From Pseudomonadota bacterium (lineage in GTDB: Bacteria > Pseudomonadota > Gammaproteobacteria > JAKAQQ01): a stretch of 64,000 nt of DNA. The notes beneath the pieces are model-generated. The model had not been told where the DNA came from, did not search any database, and saw nothing but the letters and a program-made list of their open reading frames with translations. The translations under genes and the position numbers were made by a program. The stretch spans positions 676 through 64,675 of the forward strand of contig DAHXNI010000019.1 in NCBI GenBank assembly GCA_027365475.1, in the 5' to 3' direction. Shown one piece after another: positions 44,000-54,561 of the stretch. Every line of letters starts with the position of its first letter. Within the stretch, counting starts at the first letter, position 1.

Positions 44000-44605
44000 G
44001 TGAAAAGGCTTGTGACTCAATCCGTTGCCCTGGATCCGGTGTTTGCTCGGCAAAACATGAAAGGCCGGGCAGTGGGCCGGGTCAGTCTGCGATGCTGCGC
44101 TCTTTTGATCTTTCTCATCGTCCCAACCACACCCGCGCTCGGTCACCCGCGGACCTTGCTCGGCATACGGTTTATGCGTGCGGTCAACTTTGTGGGCGGT
44201 TTGGAACAGGTGGCTGGAATGGCACGTGTCCCCTTTCATTTTCAATGGCAGCCGTTTCAATCTGTTCACTTTTCCTACGGAGTTGAAGTTTCGAGCGGGC
44301 TTTTCATCAATGGTGGCAAGAGCCACCCATTCATCAGCATCGGTCCGACTCTGACCTGGCCCGCTCAGGATGCGCATGGCTGGTATGTGACATTCAGCTC
44401 GAGCCCTACGTTAATCGGCGGTTCCGAATTCCGTGACCAGCGCAGGCTGGGGGGATCATTTTTTTTTACGACATCGCTCACACTGGGCTGGCGCTTCTAC
44501 CATTGGCGCACCGGATTACGCTTCCAGCATACGTCTAACGCCGATCTCGGCTCCACGAACCCCGGAGTGAACATGGTTGGACTGGTTCTGGCGGAGAGAT
44601 GGTAG
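44000..44605 (+). CDS. PagL-like lipid A 3-O-deacylase / acyloxyacyl hydrolase (start may be ATG 44057)
   Basis: RFQHTSNADLGSTNPGVN matches the PagL H-x-S-N...NPG motif; beta-barrel pattern with C-terminal Trp. Confidence 0.75.
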   Translation: MKRLVTQSVALDPVFARQNMKGRAVGRVSLRCCALLIFLIVPTTPALGHPRTLLGIRFMRAVNFVGGLEQVAGMARVPFHFQWQPFQSVHFSYGVEVSSGLFINGGKSHPFISIGPTLTWPAQDAHGWYVTFSSSPTLIGGSEFRDQRRLGGSFFFTTSLTLGWRFYHWRTGLRFQHTSNADLGSTNPGVNMVGLVLAERW

Positions 44606-44619
44606 ATGCCGAACGCCAT

Positions 44620-44742
44620 CTCATGTCCCTGACACAGTGCTGCCATGAGCGCCCGGTGGATTTTCCCGGCCGGATGGGCATAGATCAACCGATCGACGGT
44701 CTCATGCGAGGCGTTCCACTGCTGGACCTCGGGATATTCCAT
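44620..44742 (-). pseudogene. IS30-family transposase fragment
   Basis: YPEVQQWNASHETVDRLIYAHPAGKIHRALMAAL resembles the IS30 SHETIY..IY HTH segment. Confidence 0.5.
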
Positions 44743-44975
44743 TCGTAAACCCCCGACCGCTTCCCCGGGAGACTCTTTTCTGCCGCAGGATAGCGTGCGT
44801 CACCGCATGGGATAAGGGCGCGCTCTTAATCCACTTGCTCGCCCCTCTGGAGACGCTTCCTTTGTATTTTTTCTCGGCCTAACAAGGATTCGGACGATGG
44901 CCCCCAGATCCACACTGCTCCGGGCAAAGCGTTTGATCGGGAATGCACAGGGAAAGGTGGTGAGACTTTCTTCGG

Positions 44976-45836
44976 TCACGGTACGCCCGCCGCGAAGGCA
45001 TTGAGGTGTCGCAGCCAGGCGAGCCAGAGGCGCCTGTAGCCTGGGCCCGGGCGGCCTGATCCGATCGGATGGTCATCCACTTGGCTCACGGGTGCGAGGA
45101 TCCGTCGGGTGCTGGTGAGCCAGACCTCATCGGCCTTGAGGAGTTCGTCCGCCCGGATCCGCTCCCGGCGGATCGAGAACCCCTCGGACGCTCCCAGGCG
45201 AAGCACGAGTTCACGGGTGACCCCCGGAAGGATCTGCGGGCCATCGGGTGGGGTTGTGAGGGTCGCCCCCTTAAGAGCGATCACATTGCTCGATGTGCCT
45301 TCGGTGACCCACCCGTCCCGCACGAGCAGCGCTTCGAAAGCCCCCTTTCCGTCTGCCTCATGCCGCAGGAGGACATTGGCCAGAAGTGCTGTCGATTTTA
45401 TGTCACAGCGGTGCCAGCGTATATCCTCGAGCAGGACGATTCGCGCACCGGTCTGTTCCAGTGCGGGGTCGGACGGAAGGGGTGGCAATGTCATGGCAAA
45501 GACCGTGGGCGCGATTCCCTCCGAAATATGGTGATCCCGGACCTCCTCCGCGCCCCGACTGACCTGGAGATAGACAGCAAGATCACCCCCACCTGCCTTT
45601 TCGATGAGCGTGCCCAGATGATGGCGCCACTCCGCCTCCGAATAGGGATTTACGAGCCCGATGGCGCTGAGACTCCGTTCGAGACGATGGTAGTGTTCGC
45701 TCCAGAGAAAAAGCCTCGAACGGAAGATGGGTATGACTTCGTAGATGGCATCCGCGAACAGGAATCCCCGATCCAGGGGTGAGATGCGGGCCTCCTCGCG
45801 CGACATGATCTGGCCATTCAGAAAGACCGGGGTCAC
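44976..45836 (-). CDS. dat: D-amino acid aminotransferase (PLP class IV)
   Basis: DRGFLFADAIYEV, IKSTALLAN, EGTSSN and ILPGVTR motifs; downstream of dacA. Confidence 0.9.
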   Translation of the reverse strand: MTPVFLNGQIMSREEARISPLDRGFLFADAIYEVIPIFRSRLFLWSEHYHRLERSLSAIGLVNPYSEAEWRHHLGTLIEKAGGGDLAVYLQVSRGAEEVRDHHISEGIAPTVFAMTLPPLPSDPALEQTGARIVLLEDIRWHRCDIKSTALLANVLLRHEADGKGAFEALLVRDGWVTEGTSSNVIALKGATLTTPPDGPQILPGVTRELVLRLGASEGFSIRRERIRADELLKADEVWLTSTRRILAPVSQVDDHPIGSGRPGPGYRRLWLAWLRHLNAFAAGVP

Positions 45837-45908
45837 CTGAGTGGCTCAACGCTCATTTAGGCGGGATGCGGCATGCTGCGCCAAGGGTTTCCCCGCCACT
45901 CGACACAG

Positions 45909-47048
45909 TCAGAATGCCCGTTCGAGACTGTCTATCAGGCGGTGCAACCAGCTGCCTTTTTTGACCGCCTGAAGGGGGTAGAGCGTGCGGGCAACGAGCA
46001 GACGCCCGTGGAGTTCGACCCGGAGCGTACCGGCAGCCTGCTTCGTGCCGAAGGGGGCTGTCAGGCTTTTCGCAAGCTGCATCCGGATCCGGAGTGAGCG
46101 GTAGTCCAGCCGGGGCACGGTCACCCAGAGGCTCTGGAGCAGGCCGACCGTGACCCGATCATGCGCGCCCATCCAGACCGGGATCTTGGCAAGTGGCTGT
46201 TTCGCTCCATACAGTCGGTGATCGTGGAAGAAGCTGAACCCCCAGTTGAGGAGCGCCTGGGCATCGTTGACCCGCGCATTCCAGGACGTAGCGCCCATCA
46301 CGACTGCAATGAGCCGCATCCCATCCTGGTGGCCGGAGGCGTCCATGCAGAACCCTGCCTGCTTGGTATATCCCGTTTTAAGACCGTCAACCCAGGGGTC
46401 CATCCAGAGCAGCGAGACCCGGTTGTTCTGGGTGATGTGATCCCAGGTAAAAGTCTTGATCGCAAAATAGCGGTGATAGAGACTCGGGTATTGCCGGATG
46501 ATGGCGCGGGACAAACGCGCGATATCGAGCGCACTACTGTAGTGGTCAGGTGTGGGCAGACCGTCGACATCTTCGTAGTGCGTATTGTGGAGTCCGAGTT
46601 TCTGTGCGTAGCGGTTCATGAGTCCGACCATCGACCCGCGTGTGCCGGCGATCGCCTGGCTCAGGGCTACCGCTGCGTCGTTTCCGGAGTCGACGATCAG
46701 CCCCTTGAGGAGATCGTTCACGGTTACGTGGCTCCCTGGCATCAGGAACATGCGGGAACCGCCCGTCCGCCAGGCTGCAGTCGAGACGGTGACCCGTTCG
46801 TTGAGGTGGATGGCACCCGAGTGGAGCGCGGTGAAGGTGATATAGGCCACCATGAGCTTGGTGAGGCTGGCGGGGGCAAGATGCTGGTTCTTGTGACTTT
46901 GGGCGAGCACCTGTCCCGTGCGTGCGTCGAGGAGAACCCAGCTTTTGGCGTCGAAAGTGGGAGCCGGGGGGATCGGAAAGCCGGCGAAGACGATCGGTGC
47001 CTGGGCCAGGGCAAAGACAGTCAGTGTCGAGCAGAGTAATTTTTTCAA
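45909..47048 (-). CDS. dacA: D-alanyl-D-alanine carboxypeptidase (PBP5/6)
   Basis: PASLTK, SGND and LKTG motifs. Confidence 0.9.
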   Translation of the reverse strand: MKKLLCSTLTVFALAQAPIVFAGFPIPPAPTFDAKSWVLLDARTGQVLAQSHKNQHLAPASLTKLMVAYITFTALHSGAIHLNERVTVSTAAWRTGGSRMFLMPGSHVTVNDLLKGLIVDSGNDAAVALSQAIAGTRGSMVGLMNRYAQKLGLHNTHYEDVDGLPTPDHYSSALDIARLSRAIIRQYPSLYHRYFAIKTFTWDHITQNNRVSLLWMDPWVDGLKTGYTKQAGFCMDASGHQDGMRLIAVVMGATSWNARVNDAQALLNWGFSFFHDHRLYGAKQPLAKIPVWMGAHDRVTVGLLQSLWVTVPRLDYRSLRIRMQLAKSLTAPFGTKQAAGTLRVELHGRLLVARTLYPLQAVKKGSWLHRLIDSLERAF

Positions 47049-47122
47049 CGCAAAATCTCCAGAAATCGGCTACGGGAGCGCTGCATTGTACCGCGCCCGA
47101 GGTATCGCGGTCCGGCTTCATA

Positions 47123-47866
47123 TTACCGGATGATCACTTCGGTCCTCGGAAAGCCCATGGAGGTGAGACGCCCGGACAGGCGATCAAGTTCCCGGACATG
47201 GGCGATCGGTCCGACCTGGAGCACATAGAGAATCCGGCCTCTCCTCCGGACCGGAAACAATCGCAAAGGCCGGACTCCGAGATGCATGAGGTGCAGTTCA
47301 AGGGTGAGGGCCCGGCTGCGCTTTGCATACGCGCCAATCTGGAGATACATCCGGGGCGGATGGCCCAGAGGGTTATGGGCGAGCGGCGGGGGTGTCAGGG
47401 CAAACGCCGCAGTGTGGGGTAAACGCGGCCGGGAGATACTCCGAACCTCGACCAGTGCCGTGCCCCGTTCAATCATATTGAGCTCGCGAGCCGCAGCATA
47501 GGACAGGTCGATGATCCGGTGTCGGACGAAGGGGCCGCGGTCATCAATGCGGACGATGACCTGACGCCCGTTGACCAGGTCGGTGACGCGCACCCAGGTT
47601 CCGAGCGGAAGAACCTTGCTCGCGGCGGTCATGGATTGAGGGTTGTAGGGCAGGCCGCTTGCGGTCGGAAGTCCGACGGAACGGAGCCCGTACCAGGAAG
47701 CAATGCCCCGTTGCTGGTAGCCTTGTGCACTGGCCAGGATCCGATAGCGTCGCCCGTTGACCACATAGGACTGCTGGGGCGTGCCCGAGTGGAAGGCTGT
47801 GGAGTGGGTGGGGAAGGGCGCGCAACTCGCGAGCAGGCCGACGAGCGTGAGCAAGAGCGCCCGCAA
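47123..47866 (-). CDS. rlpA: Septal ring lytic transglycosylase RlpA with SPOR domain
   Basis: Lipobox LASC; GIASWYG, IDDRGPF..RIIDLS and YLQIGAY motifs; TTG start inferred. Confidence 0.9.
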   Translation of the reverse strand: MRALLLTLVGLLASCAPFPTHSTAFHSGTPQQSYVVNGRRYRILASAQGYQQRGIASWYGLRSVGLPTASGLPYNPQSMTAASKVLPLGTWVRVTDLVNGRQVIVRIDDRGPFVRHRIIDLSYAAARELNMIERGTALVEVRSISRPRLPHTAAFALTPPPLAHNPLGHPPRMYLQIGAYAKRSRALTLELHLMHLGVRPLRLFPVRRRGRILYVLQVGPIAHVRELDRLSGRLTSMGFPRTEVIIR

Positions 47867-47879
47867 TTCTGCGGAACGG

Positions 47880-48863
47880 TCAGTGTGCAGCCTGGAGCTT
47901 GAGCGCAAGTTCGAAAACCGCCATGGAGTAATCGATGCTCGGGTTATAGGCCATGAGGGCATGGAAGTTGGGTAACGTGATCCAGTAATGGGTTGCAAAA
48001 GCACCGACCAGAGCAATCAGGGTGACTGGAGTATCCGGTTTCAGCCTGTGGGTGAAAAGGAGTCCCGCACGGCGCAGCGCATGCGGATGGCAAGGGATGC
48101 CGATCAGTTCGTGCGGAGGCGGACCATGGTTCGGAGCCAGGGCAGCCTCGATCGCGACCGGATGTCCTTTGCGCCAGCCTTTGGCGCTGAGAAAGCGACC
48201 GACGCTTTCGATGGCACTCCGGCTGCTCACGAAAAGATTGGGGTGGAGACCGTGCAGGCGTTCGGTCGCGTAACGGAGGTAGGCAGTCGGCATAAACTGC
48301 GGGATGCCAAGCGCCCCGGCATAGGAGCCGCGGATGGCGAGCGGATTGTAATGGTTCCTGCGGCACAGGCGCAAAAAACCGCTGAGTTCATGGCGAAAGA
48401 ATGGAGCGCGGGACGGATCGTTGAAGGCCAGCGTCGCGAGGCTTGCGAAAGCCGGGATGTTGCCGATATTCTGGCCGTAATTGGTTTCGATGCCGATGAT
48501 GGCCGCAATGACCGCGGCCGGGATGCCAGCGCGCTGTTCTTCCTGCGCCAGGGCTTGGCGATGGCGAGCCATCCAGACTTTGCCCGCCCGGACCCGGGCC
48601 GGGGTGACGAGGAGTCGCCGGTAGACTTTCCAGGGCAGTGCCTCGAACGGATGGTGCATGAGCCGAAGCACGCCTGGCAGGGGCCGGATCTTGTCAAACC
48701 AGGCAACCAGCTGCTTGCGTTCGAAGTGGTGGGCTTCAACCATATGAGCGATGAATCGGGTGATGCTGGCTTCGGGAAAGGTGGGTGGTGCGGCATTGGC
48801 TGCCTCCATGAGGCCGGTTGTCGCAAGGAGGCCCAGAATGGCGATGCACCCGAATCTTCGCAT
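47880..48863 (-). CDS. mltB: Lytic murein transglycosylase B
   Basis: IIGIETNYG, GSYAGALGIPQFMP and YNPSIDY motifs. Confidence 0.92.
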   Translation of the reverse strand: MRRFGCIAILGLLATTGLMEAANAAPPTFPEASITRFIAHMVEAHHFERKQLVAWFDKIRPLPGVLRLMHHPFEALPWKVYRRLLVTPARVRAGKVWMARHRQALAQEEQRAGIPAAVIAAIIGIETNYGQNIGNIPAFASLATLAFNDPSRAPFFRHELSGFLRLCRRNHYNPLAIRGSYAGALGIPQFMPTAYLRYATERLHGLHPNLFVSSRSAIESVGRFLSAKGWRKGHPVAIEAALAPNHGPPPHELIGIPCHPHALRRAGLLFTHRLKPDTPVTLIALVGAFATHYWITLPNFHALMAYNPSIDYSMAVFELALKLQAAH

Positions 48864-48864
48864 C

Positions 48865-49995
48865 TTACGTGTTCCAGGACGTGGATTGATGATGTTCGAG
48901 TCCCATTACCACCCCGAAACCGGCCATGAGCGTGACCACGGAAGATCCCCCGAAACTCACCAGTGGCAGGGGTTCGCCGACGACTGGCAATAGACCCGAG
49001 ACCATGCCGATATTGACCACGACATAAAGGAAAGTGATGAAGGCCATTGAGGCGGCCCAAAGGCGGCCGAAATGATCCGGCATCCGGATAGCCGAGCGCA
49101 GGGTGCGCTGGATGACGAGCAGGAAAATCATGACGAGGGCCAGTGCACCCAGGAATCCGAACTGTTCGCCGATCACTGCGAAAATGAAATCGGTGGTGCT
49201 TTCCGGGAGAAAGTCGAGTTGGGTCTGGCTCCCGTGGAGTAGGCCCTGGCCGAAGAGCCCTCCCGATCCCAATGCGATCTGCGACTGGATGATGTGATAT
49301 CCCGCGCCCAAGGGGTCACGTTCGGGATTGAGAAAAATCAGGATTCGTTCCTTCTGGTACTGGTGCATGAAATGCCAGGCTATGGGAGCTGCGGCGCAAA
49401 GGATCACTGCGCCGATAGCAAGATAACGCCAGTTGAGTCCGGAGACGAACAGACAGAAGATGCCAATCACACCGATCAGGAGGGCCGAGCCGAGATCCGG
49501 TTCCTTGAGGATGAGCGCCAGAGGCATCGCGATGAGCAGGAGAGAGGTGGCAACCGTGCGCCAGTCTGGTGGGAGAGTGTGGTTCGAGAGATGACGGGTC
49601 AGCATGAGCGGTAGTGCGAGCAGCATGAGTTCGGTGGGCTGCAGTCGTACGAATCCAAGATCCAGCCACCGTTGTGCGCCAAGGCTCCGCTGTCCGAATG
49701 CGAGAACGACAATGAGGAGGATGAGCGCGGCGAGGTAGAGCCAGGGTGCCGCGAGGCGGTAGTAAGCGGGGGGAAGCTGCGCAACGGCCACAAGCACCGC
49801 AAACCCGAGCAGGATCCGGATCAACTGTCTTACGACAAGCTCCAGTTCGCCGTGATCGGCTCCGAATAGCGCGATCAATCCCATTGCCGAGAGCAGTACG
49901 AGTTCAAGCAGCAACGGTCCGTCGATGTGCAGGCGGCTGAGGAGGCTCGGGTTCAGATTGGGGGTGTGCCGGATGTATGCGCTGGAATCATTCAT
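48865..49995 (-). CDS. rodA: Rod shape-determining protein RodA
   Basis: GAQRWL, QPTE, EPDLG, FLPESTTDFIF and PLPLVSFGGSS motifs. Confidence 0.94.
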   Translation of the reverse strand: MNDSSAYIRHTPNLNPSLLSRLHIDGPLLLELVLLSAMGLIALFGADHGELELVVRQLIRILLGFAVLVAVAQLPPAYYRLAAPWLYLAALILLIVVLAFGQRSLGAQRWLDLGFVRLQPTELMLLALPLMLTRHLSNHTLPPDWRTVATSLLLIAMPLALILKEPDLGSALLIGVIGIFCLFVSGLNWRYLAIGAVILCAAAPIAWHFMHQYQKERILIFLNPERDPLGAGYHIIQSQIALGSGGLFGQGLLHGSQTQLDFLPESTTDFIFAVIGEQFGFLGALALVMIFLLVIQRTLRSAIRMPDHFGRLWAASMAFITFLYVVVNIGMVSGLLPVVGEPLPLVSFGGSSVVTLMAGFGVVMGLEHHQSTSWNT

Positions 49996-50105
49996 TGGGT
50001 CTGACAGGCAGTTTGGGCCCGCGACATCAGCCGGGCTCTGCTGCCAGTTTGCCACATCTGGCCCTGCGACAGAACAGAGGAGCCGAACCGGCCGGTGAGC
50101 TCCGG

Positions 50106-52004
50106 TCAGGAACCCCGATCCCGGTCGAGACTCCGATACGGATACTGGTGCGGCGGTATCCCGCGCTCTTCGAGGTAGGTTTCGATGATCCGGCGGGCAA
50201 TCGGCGCGGCGGTGAGCGCACCGGCCACTCCGTGCTGCACGAAGACAGCAACGGCGATCTCAGGGTGGGGAATGGGTCCGAAGGCGATGAAGACGGCATT
50301 GTCACGCTCGGACTTGGGGATCAAGTGGTAGTTCATGAAATCGCTGCGGTCACGGTTGCTGATCTGGGCCGTGCCGGTTTTCCCGGCCAATGCGTATTTC
50401 AGGCCATAGTCGATCCCGTGAGCAGTCCCGGTTGGATTCTTGATGACACTTTCCATGTCGCGGGCGACGATCCGCCAGAGTCCAGGTCGATCCAGGCGGA
50501 TGGTTCGGGCCGGCTCCGGCAGAACCGGGTAGACCCGGTGATTCGTCGGATTCGCGATTGCGTGGATGACCCGCGGACGATAGCGATGTCCCCGTGCTGC
50601 GATCGTACCCACGGCAACGGCCATCTGCAGGGGCGTCACGAGCCAGTAGCCTTGTCCGATGCCCGAGATGACCGTATCCCCTTCGTACCAGGGTCCGCCC
50701 ATGTGCTTGAGTTTCCAGCCCGGAGAGGGCAAAACACCGGCTCGTGCACCGGCCAGATCGATGTCCGGTTTCTGACCGAACCCGAAGGGTCTGAGGAAGG
50801 CATCGATCCGGTGGATGCCAAGGTCAACCGCCATGTGATAGAAGAACACATCGACCGACTGGGTCAAGGCCTTGCGCAGGTTGGTGATGCCGTGCCCCCA
50901 CGGTTGCCAGTCGTGGTAGACGTGAGTGGTTCCCGGGAGAACAAAGGTTCCCGGGCAGAAGATGGTCGTCCGGGTCGTGATCACGTGGTCGTCGAGCACC
51001 GCGAGCGCGAGAAACGGTTTGATGGTGGAAGCCGGTGCATATTCCCCCTGGAGGGCGCGGTTGAAAAGGGGTTGCAGCAGATTGTCGGACAGTTTCCGGT
51101 AAGTGGCCTCACGGATCCCGTTCACGAACCGGTTGGGGTTAAAGCTCGGCGTACTCGCCATGGCGAGGATCCCGCCCGTGTGGGGATCCACGGCAACCAC
51201 GGCACCGGCGTTTTGGCCGAGCATTTCGTGAGCGATGGCCTGGAGCCTGGCGTCGATCGTGAGATAGACCGAGTCGCCAGGTACCGGTGGCTGGGTATGC
51301 ACCACGCGTACGAGACGACCCTGCACGTTCACCTCAACCTCGCGGATGCCGGGAATTCCGTAGAGCAGGTTTTCATAACTCTGTTCGAAGCCGTCCTGCC
51401 CAACGTCGGATTCCGCGTTGTACAGATGACCGGGGTTTCGGCGCAACTCCCCCGAATGAATCGGACCCACATAGCCCAAAAGATGCGCTCCAATCGGGCC
51501 GAGCGGGTAGAAACGCTTGAGATGAGCCCGGATGCTGACACCGGGCAGGTGATTCAGGTTGACCGCCAGTCGGGCCACGCTCGTGGTGCTGAGGTCGCGT
51601 TGCAGGGGGACTGGCTCGTAGGGCGGCTCCACCCGGACGAGCTGCCAGAACAGCCGTAAATCCTGACGTCGGATGGGTACGATGGATTCGATCCGATGGA
51701 GCGTATCTTTCAGGTTCCGGATATCGTCCCGATGGACCACAAGTTCGTAACTCGGTACGTTTTCAGCCAGCACGATGCCATGCCGATCATAGAGGATCCC
51801 GCGCGGAGGATTGATAGGGAGGGTCCGGATCCGATTGCCCAGTGCGAGCGTGTCGTAGTAGGGGTGCTGGAGGATCTGGAGATCGAGCAGGCGAAAAGTC
51901 AGAGTCAAGACCAGTATCACGCCGATGGCGACGGCCACCAGTATTCGTCTGCGAAAAATCCGGTATTCCTGGATGGGGTTCTTGAGCGGTGCGGCCTCGG
52001 TCAT
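50106..52004 (-). CDS. mrdA: Penicillin-binding protein 2
   Basis: PASTIK, SVD and KTGTAQ motifs; mre cluster synteny. Confidence 0.95.
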   Translation of the reverse strand: MTEAAPLKNPIQEYRIFRRRILVAVAIGVILVLTLTFRLLDLQILQHPYYDTLALGNRIRTLPINPPRGILYDRHGIVLAENVPSYELVVHRDDIRNLKDTLHRIESIVPIRRQDLRLFWQLVRVEPPYEPVPLQRDLSTTSVARLAVNLNHLPGVSIRAHLKRFYPLGPIGAHLLGYVGPIHSGELRRNPGHLYNAESDVGQDGFEQSYENLLYGIPGIREVEVNVQGRLVRVVHTQPPVPGDSVYLTIDARLQAIAHEMLGQNAGAVVAVDPHTGGILAMASTPSFNPNRFVNGIREATYRKLSDNLLQPLFNRALQGEYAPASTIKPFLALAVLDDHVITTRTTIFCPGTFVLPGTTHVYHDWQPWGHGITNLRKALTQSVDVFFYHMAVDLGIHRIDAFLRPFGFGQKPDIDLAGARAGVLPSPGWKLKHMGGPWYEGDTVISGIGQGYWLVTPLQMAVAVGTIAARGHRYRPRVIHAIANPTNHRVYPVLPEPARTIRLDRPGLWRIVARDMESVIKNPTGTAHGIDYGLKYALAGKTGTAQISNRDRSDFMNYHLIPKSERDNAVFIAFGPIPHPEIAVAVFVQHGVAGALTAAPIARRIIETYLEERGIPPHQYPYRSLDRDRGS

Positions 52005-52007
52005 GGG

Positions 52008-52490
52008 TCAGTGCACTCGGTAGCGGCGCCGGATGAAACGCAGACCCATGAAAACGGGTGGCCAGAGGCAGACGCTCACGAATACCGGCAGGCTGTAGGG
52101 GAGCAGGGGGCCGGGTTTCGAGATGATCCCATTGATCCAGAAAATGAGGAATTCGTAAACCAGGAAAATTCCCCCCAAAGTGAGCATTTGTTGCCCGATA
52201 TGGAGCGTCCGGATCTGAAGGTGGTATCTCTGAATCACATAGGCAATGACCGACAAGGCGAGCGCATGTTCCCCGAGCGGGCTGGCCCGGGCGGCGTCGA
52301 AACAGAAACCGGCGAGCCACGCCGTCAGAATTCCCATGCGGCGCGGCGCAGCCAGGCACCAATACCCCGCAACCAGAGGAAGCCAAAGCGGTCGGCCCAC
52401 CACATACCAGTGCGGGAAGGGCAAGATCGACAGGATGAGCGCAATGATGAGTGTCATCACAATGATGCAATAGGAGCGTATGCCGCTCAT
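52008..52490 (-). CDS. mreD: Rod shape-determining protein MreD
   Basis: Hydrophobic; RPLW..LV..YW and LGEHALAL motifs; synteny. Confidence 0.9.
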   Translation of the reverse strand: MSGIRSYCIIVMTLIIALILSILPFPHWYVVGRPLWLPLVAGYWCLAAPRRMGILTAWLAGFCFDAARASPLGEHALALSVIAYVIQRYHLQIRTLHIGQQMLTLGGIFLVYEFLIFWINGIISKPGPLLPYSLPVFVSVCLWPPVFMGLRFIRRRYRVH

Positions 52491-53401
52491 CGGCGATGCT
52501 CCTTGTGTATCGGCCCGAAAGCTGGTTTCCGCAAAAATGCCGGCCCGTGAGATGGCTGCCGGATCAGGACCAGAAGCTCACGGTCTTCCGAGATGGCCGC
52601 GAGCGGGCGGGCATAAACCCGGGCAAAGGAACGGTTCGGGCGCAAAGTGACATGTGTGATGACGGCGACTGGAAATCCGTAGGCGTAATGGCCACCCAGG
52701 CCGGAAGTGATGAGCAGCTGCCCCACACGGACACGGGTGTCATTGGGTAGATAGGGCAGGCGCAGCCGGGTGGGTATTCCACTTCCGATGCTGAACGTTA
52801 AAAGACCGGTCGCGGCCACTTCGACGGGCACCATCTCGCTCGGGTCGGTAATCAGGAGCACCCGGGAGACGTGGGCTGACGCGGTTCCGACCTGGCCCAC
52901 GAGGCCGTTTGCATCAATGACCGCATCCCCGCTTGCAAGTCCGGCCTTCTGACCCGCGTCGATCACCACTTCCTGCCGGTACGGATCAAGATCGATGCGG
53001 AGCACCCGAACCAGGCGGAACTGTTGATGGATGCTTCGGATCCGGCCGAGCAGTGCTTTGAGACGGTGGTTCTGGAACACGAGGGGTTTCTCAGCCGCAA
53101 GCCCAGCCCGGAGACGTAAAATCTCCCGTTTCAGGGTCTGATTCGTGCGGATGAGATGGGCGCGCGTGGCGAGCGCGGGGCCGATCGACTCTAGGAAGCT
53201 TATCGCATCGGATACGGGTCGTTCGATGGCGGCTCCCGTTTCCGCAGCAACTTGAGCGAGTGGCAATCCGAGTGGTGCCCCGTGACGCAGGATGAGCAGT
53301 GCAAGCGACACCACCACGGTGATGGCGAACCGGACTTCAGGGTACGATTGGTGGTGGAAGAGGCTACGTTCAGACCGACGCCGGAATGGTCGGAATCGCA
53401 T
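52487..53401 (-). CDS. mreC: Rod shape-determining protein MreC
   Basis: Coiled coil, GLVGQV, VLLITDP and TSGLGG motifs; synteny. Confidence 0.92.
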   Translation of the reverse strand: MRFRPFRRRSERSLFHHQSYPEVRFAITVVVSLALLILRHGAPLGLPLAQVAAETGAAIERPVSDAISFLESIGPALATRAHLIRTNQTLKREILRLRAGLAAEKPLVFQNHRLKALLGRIRSIHQQFRLVRVLRIDLDPYRQEVVIDAGQKAGLASGDAVIDANGLVGQVGTASAHVSRVLLITDPSEMVPVEVAATGLLTFSIGSGIPTRLRLPYLPNDTRVRVGQLLITSGLGGHYAYGFPVAVITHVTLRPNRSFARVYARPLAAISEDRELLVLIRQPSHGPAFLRKPAFGPIHKEHRR

Positions 53402-53404
53402 GGA

Positions 53405-54457
53405 TCATCGTGTGTTGGACAAAGGTATCGGAATCCGGCCGGTCGTTTCGAGCATCTCGAGAACCCGCCCTCCGCCCCGGGCCACGCAGGTCATGGGATC
53501 CTCGGCGATGATGACCGGGATGCCTGTCTCTTCAGTGATGAGCTTGTCAATGTCTCGCAGCAGTGCTCCGCCACCACTCAGGACAATCCCGCGTTCGGAA
53601 ATATCCGCCGCGAGCTCTGGGGGTGTCTGCTCTAGCGTCTGCCGGATGGTATCGATCACCCCGCTCAGGGATTCCTGAAGCGCTTCGAGTATTTCATTGC
53701 TGTTGACTACAAAACTGCGCGGGATACCTTCCGACAGGCTGCGACCCCGCACTTCAAACTCGCGTACCTCCTGGCTCGGGAAGGCTGATCCGATCTCGAT
53801 CTTGATCCGTTCAGAGGTCGCTTCACCGATCAGGATATTGTAGTTGCGGCGGATATACTGCTGGATCGCTTCATCGAAACGGTCGCCGCCGATGCGGGCC
53901 GATTGTGCGAAGACGATGCCATTGAGGGAGATCACGGCAACCTCCGAGGTTCCGCCCCCGATATCGAGAACCATGCAACCCTTGGGCTCATGGATCGCGA
54001 GTCCGGCACCGAGTGCGGCTGCGACCGGTTCTTCGAGGAGATAGACCTGCCGGGCACCTGCCCCGTGGGCGGAATCCATGATTGCGCGCCGCTCGACCGG
54101 ATTCGAACCGAATGGGATACAGACGACGACTCGCGGACTGAGGTGCATCCAGCTTTGGCTCTGGGCCTTGCGGATGAAGTGTTTGAGCATCTGCTCGGTC
54201 AGGGTGAAATCGGAAATGACCCCGTTTTTGAGCGGGCGGATAGCGGTGATGTGGCCAGGTGTACGCCCGAGCATGAGTTTCGCCTCAAGTCCGTAGGCCT
54301 CAATCTTGCGTGATCCACGGTCGGATTCCTCTCGAACCGCGACGACCGAGGGTTCATTCAGGATGATGCCCTGGCCACGGACATAAATGAGCGTGTTAGC
54401 GGTGCCCAAGTCAATGGACAGGTCGGTCGAAAAATAACGGGTCAGGCGGGAGAGCAT
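53405..54457 (-). CDS. mreB: Rod shape-determining actin homologue MreB
   Basis: [14 protein letters not shown] and LSGGGALL motifs. Confidence 0.96.
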   Translation of the reverse strand: MLSRLTRYFSTDLSIDLGTANTLIYVRGQGIILNEPSVVAVREESDRGSRKIEAYGLEAKLMLGRTPGHITAIRPLKNGVISDFTLTEQMLKHFIRKAQSQSWMHLSPRVVVCIPFGSNPVERRAIMDSAHGAGARQVYLLEEPVAAALGAGLAIHEPKGCMVLDIGGGTSEVAVISLNGIVFAQSARIGGDRFDEAIQQYIRRNYNILIGEATSERIKIEIGSAFPSQEVREFEVRGRSLSEGIPRSFVVNSNEILEALQESLSGVIDTIRQTLEQTPPELAADISERGIVLSGGGALLRDIDKLITEETGIPVIIAEDPMTCVARGGGRVLEMLETTGRIPIPLSNTR

Positions 54458-54561
54458 GGGGGGCTGCATGGGGTGAGGAAGCCAAGATACATACTCTAAC
54501 AATCGCCCTCACGGGACGCAAGACTTGTTAGAATGATCCCCCTTGGCACTGAAGGCAAGCG

